This document shows positions 58,446 through 64,000 of a stretch of DNA of 64,000 nucleotides, one piece after another. Below the pieces are notes generated by a model, which searched no databases, was not told where the DNA came from, and worked only from the letters and a program-made list of their open reading frames with translations. This stretch comes from an uncultured Nitrososphaeraceae archaeon. Its GTDB lineage: Archaea > Thermoproteota > Nitrososphaeria > Nitrososphaerales > Nitrososphaeraceae. The stretch lies in assembly GCA_963765895.1 (NCBI GenBank), contig CAVXZB010000048.1:64001-128000 (forward strand), read 5' to 3'. Position 1 is the first letter of the stretch. Each line of letters starts with the position of its first letter. The translations under genes and the position numbers were made by a program.

Positions 58446-59063
58446 TTAATTTCGACATTCGCGTGGCTTTACGCCTCCTACTTCTCCTTGTTTTTCGCCA
58501 TCAGCTATAATTTTTTTTACACCATTTTGTACGAGTTCATCAACGTACGTCATGATCTTTTCTTCTTGTCCTGATGATATATATGCTGTTGACTGTAATC
58601 CTATACTTCCTCCAACAGTCTTCTTTAAGAGATTGAAATCATCAATTGTTAAATCGTTTGTTATTTTCTGAAGCGTAGGCTTTGTCACAATTGCCTTGAC
58701 AATTTGCATATCGATATTAGTAAAACTAGGGCCAATTCCTTCGTTTGAAACTATATAAAGTCCACTAGTGTACTTGTTTAGAAAGCTAGTTATTTGTTCT
58801 CTACTTCCAGTAAATACTATAGGTATAGATAAATCAGGTGATTTGATTGCATAAGATTGAAGTCTTAGCATAGTAAGCTCTTTTTGAGCTGCAAGATTAG
58901 TATACTTTTGATATGCAGACCCTACTAATTCATAGCATACACCATATAGATTTACATTTGCGTGTTTTTGTGGATAAAAATTATAGACAATAAAGAAACT
59001 AATTATTCCTGCTACTATCAGGACACAGATACTTGGTACTACAATTTTAGATATACTAACCAT
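58446..59063 (-). CDS. Membrane-anchored hypothetical protein
   Basis: N-terminal TM, Cys near each end of the ectodomain. Confidence 0.75.
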   Translation of the reverse strand: MVSISKIVVPSICVLIVAGIISFFIVYNFYPQKHANVNLYGVCYELVGSAYQKYTNLAAQKELTMLRLQSYAIKSPDLSIPIVFTGSREQITSFLNKYTSGLYIVSNEGIGPSFTNIDMQIVKAIVTKPTLQKITNDLTIDDFNLLKKTVGGSIGLQSTAYISSGQEEKIMTYVDELVQNGVKKIIADGEKQGEVGGVKPRECRN

Positions 59064-59081
59064 TATGTTCCCATTTTTCTA

Positions 59082-59607
59082 TTAATTGTTGTACTCGATC
59101 ATCTTCCTGCGTCGACGTTTATTATTATCAATTACTTTCTCTTCATATTGAATGTCTTGTTGTTCATGATCACGATCATGGAACAGATTATCATCGGATT
59201 CTTGATTATTTTTCTCTTCTACTAAATCAATAGATGTAGTGCTATCATAACATTTTTCAACAACAGATTCCTCCATGATATTTTTTGAATCATCTGATGA
59301 AGAATTATCTATATAATGTTTGTATCGTCTTTCTACCCCAATATTATTTCCTTGAAGAACCTTTTCTATCTCATCATCTGAGTGCTTTGTTGACAATTTC
59401 TTTGAGCTTATCTGTTTCGGGGTTTTGTGGATAAGTCTCTAACAAATACTTAAATTGCTTCATATATTCAACTACTTTATTGCGATACTGTTCTGCAGTA
59501 GGTCTATGATTCCTTATTATCTTGAACCACGTTGTGGTACATTGAGCAGGATAGGCCTTTGCAAGATCTTCAATAACGCGTTCAATCTCGAAAAAATCAA
59601 GAGTCAT
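59082..59607 (-). CDS. Hypothetical protein with acidic C-terminal region (probably one frameshifted gene)
   Basis: Overlapping ORFs 59374..59607 and 59082..59396 on the same strand. Confidence 0.55.
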
Positions 59608-60195
59608 TCTAATATTTACACCACATTTCTATTCCTATGTACAAGAATGAGAAGTATGTTGTATGATTGTGTACTAATTTTACACTCTTGTCATTATCTG
59701 AGGAAGTTGCTTCATTTCTACTGCTACATAAAAAAACCGCAGGATTTGTGCAATTTCCTAGTCGGAAATAATATTTACCAAATTTCTCCTTGTCTTTATA
59801 ACATACAAGATATATCTCAACTAAAACCACTAATAGCCTGGTTATCATCATAGAATTGTAAAAAGATGCACTAACGTAAAGACTAGAAGAATCGGAATAC
59901 CATAACTTTTCTGTTCTTCTCAAACTGATATTCATGACAAATATTAGACAATATATAAGATTTAATCGGTTACTTTATGCGACTAGAAACGATCATAGAA
60001 GCTTAATATTTCAGAATGAAGTATTTTTGGTTATTAGCAAACAACTTTATTTAATGTTAAAACTTCGTGTTGGCAATACAAAATGTAGAATGAATTTTCC
60101 AAGATACTCGGTGTAATTAAGCAGCAGACATGTATTTCTTCCATTTACCTTATATCTGTTATATAACGGATTGTTTCAATTGTGGAGTACTTCAA

Positions 60196-60672
60196 TTATG
60201 TAAATGCATTTTTGTTTTTTAATATAAAGGGTAATACTTTATTTTGAATGGTATGAGTGACATCAGAATCCAAATCAAACGATAAGAGTAGGTAAAGCTT
60301 GTTTTCATCGTCTTTCTTATCAATCATTACTGGAATTGTCGCGCGAATCATTTTTTCGTACTTTCCTATAGAATATTGTAATTTGCCAATCTTTGATTCA
60401 TAATCTTCTCTGGTAGCAGCACGAAGAACAGCTTTCATAGCATAATCTGAAGTTTCTTTCTCTGTCAGCAAAGGAATCAAGTTTTTTCTATAAGATAAGG
60501 CTCTCAGATTTCCAAATTTATTTGCAATACCTGCAAATCTAATAGAAGCGTCCAGTTCTTGTATTTGTTTGCAAATGTCCTCTAAAGCCGATACAGGCAC
60601 GTTATTTATTAGGTTCATTCTCTTATAATAATAACGATAACCTTGGAATGTATCCAGTTTTGGGCGAATCAT
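60196..60672 (-). CDS. Thaumarchaeal roadblock/profilin-like protein (DUF6659-like)
   Basis: ICKQIQELDASIRFAGIANKFG, YRKNLIPLL, IGKLQYSIGKYEKMIRATIP and LLLSFD. Confidence 0.75.
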   Translation of the reverse strand: MIRPKLDTFQGYRYYYKRMNLINNVPVSALEDICKQIQELDASIRFAGIANKFGNLRALSYRKNLIPLLTEKETSDYAMKAVLRAATREDYESKIGKLQYSIGKYEKMIRATIPVMIDKKDDENKLYLLLSFDLDSDVTHTIQNKVLPFILKNKNAFT

Positions 60673-60787
60673 CTAAATTACGTCATCTCGATCAAAAAAT
60701 GAGAATAGATTGGGCTCTATAAATTATATCTATTTGAAAATAACGATAATAATGAAGTTTTTCTAATTATTTATAAACTATTTAATT

Positions 60788-61228
60788 TTATATCAAGGAA
60801 CCTGCGGCGTTATCTGACCCTGATGACGACGGGGATGACCCTGATGACGACGGGGATGACCCTGATGACGACGGGGATGACCCTGATGACGACGGGGATG
60901 ACCCTGATGACGACGGGGATGACCCTGATGACGACGGGGATGACCCTGATGACGACGGGGATGACCCTGATGACGACGGGGATGACCCTGATGAGTTTAA
61001 TGCTGGGGTTGACGGAGTGCTTTTTGGCAATCCACAAATTTCAGATTCCGTACTATTGACGAAACTGAGCCTGGGATTATCTGATCTACAGAACTGCTTT
61101 ACTTGTTCTGGAGTCAGTCCGTGCGAATCCTGACCTTGTTGAGCTTTGACCTGGCTTGTAGTTACTATAAAGAGAGCTAATATCATCATACTAAATTGCA
61201 AAATATAATTAAGGTGTATTTTATCCAT
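60788..61228 (-). CDS. Secreted protein with a (SSSGSSP)n tail
   Basis: Signal peptide, a short two-Cys domain, Ser/Gly/Pro repeat. Confidence 0.8.
   Translation of the reverse strand: MDKIHLNYILQFSMMILALFIVTTSQVKAQQGQDSHGLTPEQVKQFCRSDNPRLSFVNSTESEICGLPKSTPSTPALNSSGSSPSSSGSSPSSSGSSPSSSGSSPSSSGSSPSSSGSSPSSSGSSPSSSGSSPSSSGSDNAAGSLI
60816..60994. repeat. 21-bp perfect tandem repeat, 8 full copies plus 11 nt
   Basis: GACCCTGATGACGACGGGGAT with a 21-bp period and no spacers. Confidence 0.97.
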
Positions 61229-61553
61229 TTCTTTCTATTGTAAGGCACCATTTTAAAAGTTTTTGTATCACTGGTCGTTTGACAATGTATAAGTTCTTAT
61301 TATTTAGAACTTTTATTTTATTTATATAATAAATTCATTATATTTATAATAACCCAAAAATTTGATAGTAATCAATGTATTATAAGTCAATGTAATATAA
61401 TAAAATAATAAATCTGAAGCTAGACCATATATAACCTGCGATTCGACTTTTAATAGATAACAAGTCATATACTTTTAAAATTATCTATGCGTAATCTGAT
61501 CATTATAACTTTTGGCCAATAAAGATATTTTAATTCACTTCTAATATAGGATA

Positions 61554-61718
61554 ATGAAGACCAGACAGTATCAAAAGAAAAAACAAATTATCGAGAAATT
61601 CATAAAGAAATTTGGTAAAGTGGAACATTCTGTTATTTTAAACGAGGTAGATATAGATTATGACACTTTGATGAGTATATTAACAGAATTGCGTAAAGAA
61701 GGAGTTATTAAAAAATAA
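61554..61718 (+). CDS. 54-aa basic protein, wHTH-like
   Basis: MKTRQYQKKKQIIEKFIKKFGKVEHSVILNEVDIDYDTLMSILTELRKEGVIKK. Confidence 0.65.
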   Translation: MKTRQYQKKKQIIEKFIKKFGKVEHSVILNEVDIDYDTLMSILTELRKEGVIKK

Positions 61719-61958
61719 TAGCATTATATAGTAAGATTCTGTAAAAAAAGCAATCAAAGTAGAATATTCAAAAATGAGTTAGATTACCGATAGTCAAGCG
61801 AAAGACATGATTTTCTATTAGATATGAAATATAATACTCAGTCTTGAAATGTAAATTTCCAACTAATAGAAAATTTCTCATATCAATTTATTAATAATAA
61901 TTAGTAAAAACTATGAGACCGTAACTATTTGTATCTATACCCATTAAGTAGTAATCAT

Positions 61959-62102
61959 ATGAAAAAAACAAAGAAAAAACAGGAGCAGAGAAAAAAAATA
62001 GTCATCAAATTGGAAAAGATTGTGGGAAAGAGCGGTAAGGACGGTCGTATATATCTGCCAGGAAAATGGATTGGAAAGAAGGTTAAAGTGACTTTATTAT
62101 AG
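61959..62102 (+). CDS. 47-aa DUF2080-like (AbrB-type hairpin) protein
   Basis: EKIVGKSGKDGRIYLPGKWIGKKVKV. Confidence 0.75.
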   Translation: MKKTKKKQEQRKKIVIKLEKIVGKSGKDGRIYLPGKWIGKKVKVTLL

Positions 62103-62466
62103 TGTTAAATATTATTCATAGACAATCATCGTTTTATCTTTATTAGATTTTGGATATTATCACTTGCATAAAGATGATATGAGTTTACAACTTTAACTTT
62201 TGAAAACGATAAAGTACCTATAAATGCAATTTATAAGAAAGGATTTAGACTGTAACTGCATTCTTGTCTTCACTTGTCTTCATACATCTAATATATTACA
62301 CTTATTATGTTTAGATCATGTGTCTTAAATTAAAGTTCTAACGCTCCAAATGATCTAGTAACAAAATTATAGGTAGGACATCATAAAGTATAACTACAAA
62401 TTAATATATTATGTAGTATTGAATAGGCAGATCTATCATCATAAATAATATTGTATAGGATAAATA

Positions 62467-62679
62467 ATGTTTATGTACCGAATTAATGTTCAAATTTTAA
62501 CTATTATATGGTGGATTGGCGCAGTAGCTGCAGCGTATTCTTTCTTCATCCCAGTATACGAACAATATGTAATAGTCGGAACCTCCGGTTGGGTTGTCAT
62601 TGCAATAAGTACGGGATTGATAATATACGAGATAAAAAGAATAAAACAAGAAGAAAAAGAGAAGTTAAGAAAAGAGTAA
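62467..62679 (+). CDS. Small 2-TM membrane protein
   Basis: Two hydrophobic helices and a charged tail. Confidence 0.7.
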   Translation: MFMYRINVQILTIIWWIGAVAAAYSFFIPVYEQYVIVGTSGWVVIAISTGLIIYEIKRIKQEEKEKLRKE

Positions 62680-62687
62680 AAATTATC

Positions 62688-62936
62688 TTATTCCTTTCCG
62701 CCTTGTTCTTCGATGACAACCAAAGTTACAGTAGATGTAATCCCTGGTATTTTTCTTATCTTATTTGTTATAGTGTGATTCATTATTTCTGTATTATCAG
62801 ATTTTACTTTAACAAATACATCATGAACACCATAAGTTCCTCTTACCTCCTTTACGTCATTCAAATTAGATATCTCGTCAATAATTTTCTCCTCAGAACC
62901 TAAGGTGCAGTTTACTAAAATATATGCTGTCGGCAT
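62688..62936 (-). CDS. Stand-alone Lrp/AsnC ligand-binding domain protein
   Basis: AYILVNC..G.E, GTYGVHDVFVKV and IRKIPGITSTVTL; no HTH. Confidence 0.9.
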   Translation of the reverse strand: MPTAYILVNCTLGSEEKIIDEISNLNDVKEVRGTYGVHDVFVKVKSDNTEIMNHTITNKIRKIPGITSTVTLVVIEEQGGKE

Positions 62937-63035
62937 TTATTCAATTTATACTAACACGTTATTTAGTGTTTTCTGCAAACTTTCATTATTGTACGTCCAA
63001 ACAAATGCATTAAAAAGATAGTAATTATAACGAAA

Positions 63036-63872
63036 CTACATTGCATGAAGCCTATAAACTTGACCAGTTTGTCTATTAGTATACTTCCATTCCTCAGTAT
63101 TGTACATAATCTCTTTAAATTTAGACTTCATTTGTGGATGGAGTGAATTATATACATCATCGCCTATCATAATGGTATTTGGATCGGTTAATGAAGTTAT
63201 TTTTGCCGCTATACTCATGCAGTAACCAAGAACATCAATAGGAGAACTTTTGTCATGTCCATATTGCACGATTACATTTTCACCTTCATCAATTCCAATC
63301 TTGACACTAAGTTCAGGATAATCATATTGATTCAATATAGGGTTAATTCCATTTCTGATTACAGTAATTATAGATTGAGCGCATTGTACTGTTTTATCGC
63401 ATGCTAATAATTTATTATAGTCTGATGAGAAGAATGCAATAACAGCATCTCCTACGTACTTTAATACATAACCATTATAACTCTGAACTATTGAGGATAT
63501 TTCGTATGAAAATGCCCTTATTATAGTTACTAGCTTATCTATAGGTAGAGTCATACTCATATTAGTTGAGCCAACGAGATCCGCATACATGACTACTAAT
63601 GAAATTTTTGAATTCACATGTTTTAAGAGAAAATTTTGTCCGGGTTTTAATGTTGAATCATATTGATAGTGCCTTTTTAAGGCACTCCAAATTCTATTCT
63701 GGGTTTGAGATACAAGTGTTTCAGTATCAACCATACTATGTTTTAAAATATTGTTTTCATCATTACCCATAATCATATTAACTAGAGATTCAGTATTTTG
63801 TTCGCTCCTGATACCGCTTTTACCGTTGTTTAGACATTTCCTTTTATTATTATCGTCTTCTGAGATATGCAA
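63036..63872 (-). CDS. Class III adenylate/guanylate cyclase domain protein
   Basis: MYADLVGST, LKYVGDAVIAF, KIGIDEG and DVLG..SIAAK. Confidence 0.9.
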   Translation of the reverse strand: MHISEDDNNKRKCLNNGKSGIRSEQNTESLVNMIMGNDENNILKHSMVDTETLVSQTQNRIWSALKRHYQYDSTLKPGQNFLLKHVNSKISLVVMYADLVGSTNMSMTLPIDKLVTIIRAFSYEISSIVQSYNGYVLKYVGDAVIAFFSSDYNKLLACDKTVQCAQSIITVIRNGINPILNQYDYPELSVKIGIDEGENVIVQYGHDKSSPIDVLGYCMSIAAKITSLTDPNTIMIGDDVYNSLHPQMKSKFKEIMYNTEEWKYTNRQTGQVYRLHAM

Positions 63873-64000
63873 TTAATACCAATTTTTATATCCTTTTATT
63901 AGATTTAAACATCTACTAAAATTCTAAATCAAAGACGATAACTATTAGGTAATTCATCATATTAATTAATTCGTGTAACATCAGAATACCATTATGATTC

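Noticed and set aside
59609-60116. ORFs 59609..59935 (-) and 59934..60116 (+)
   Set aside because: No motifs and atypical composition; cannot be supported as genes
60816-60994. Possible CRISPR array
   Set aside because: Head-to-tail 21-bp units with no unique spacers, inside a coding frame; no cas genes in the window

Overview
AT-rich archaeal chromosome segment, most consistent with a soil ammonia-oxidising archaeon (Nitrososphaerales, Thaumarchaeota). This is inferred from CdvA, PolD, GGGP synthase, thaumarchaeal-type wHTH and secreted paralogues. The core block (about 29.6-47.4 kb) spans a replication origin: DP2 <- GGGPS <- hypothetical -> TM-wHTH -> oriC (4 ORB-like boxes plus an AT-rich element) -> cdc6 <- DP1, followed by cbiE, acs, cdvA, thyX and fen. 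The flanks are accessory regions with many decayed genes: two IS5-family elements with TIRs and TSDs, IS and integrase remnants, a GC-richer bacterial-type thioredoxin reductase relic, a 1.3-kb inversion that splits two reading frames, and low-complexity secreted proteins. Several housekeeping genes (thyX, fen, cdc48, a kinase) carry single-base frameshifts, probably sequencing or assembly errors. The most notable unexplained signals are two dense short-motif arrays beside the ORBs (RTCAC over the membrane-anchored wHTH gene, TTAAC over oriC) and a roughly 195-nt highly structured intergenic element at 58.15-58.35 kb. No rRNA, tRNA or CRISPR array was recognised. All family calls are from motif recognition, not database searches.
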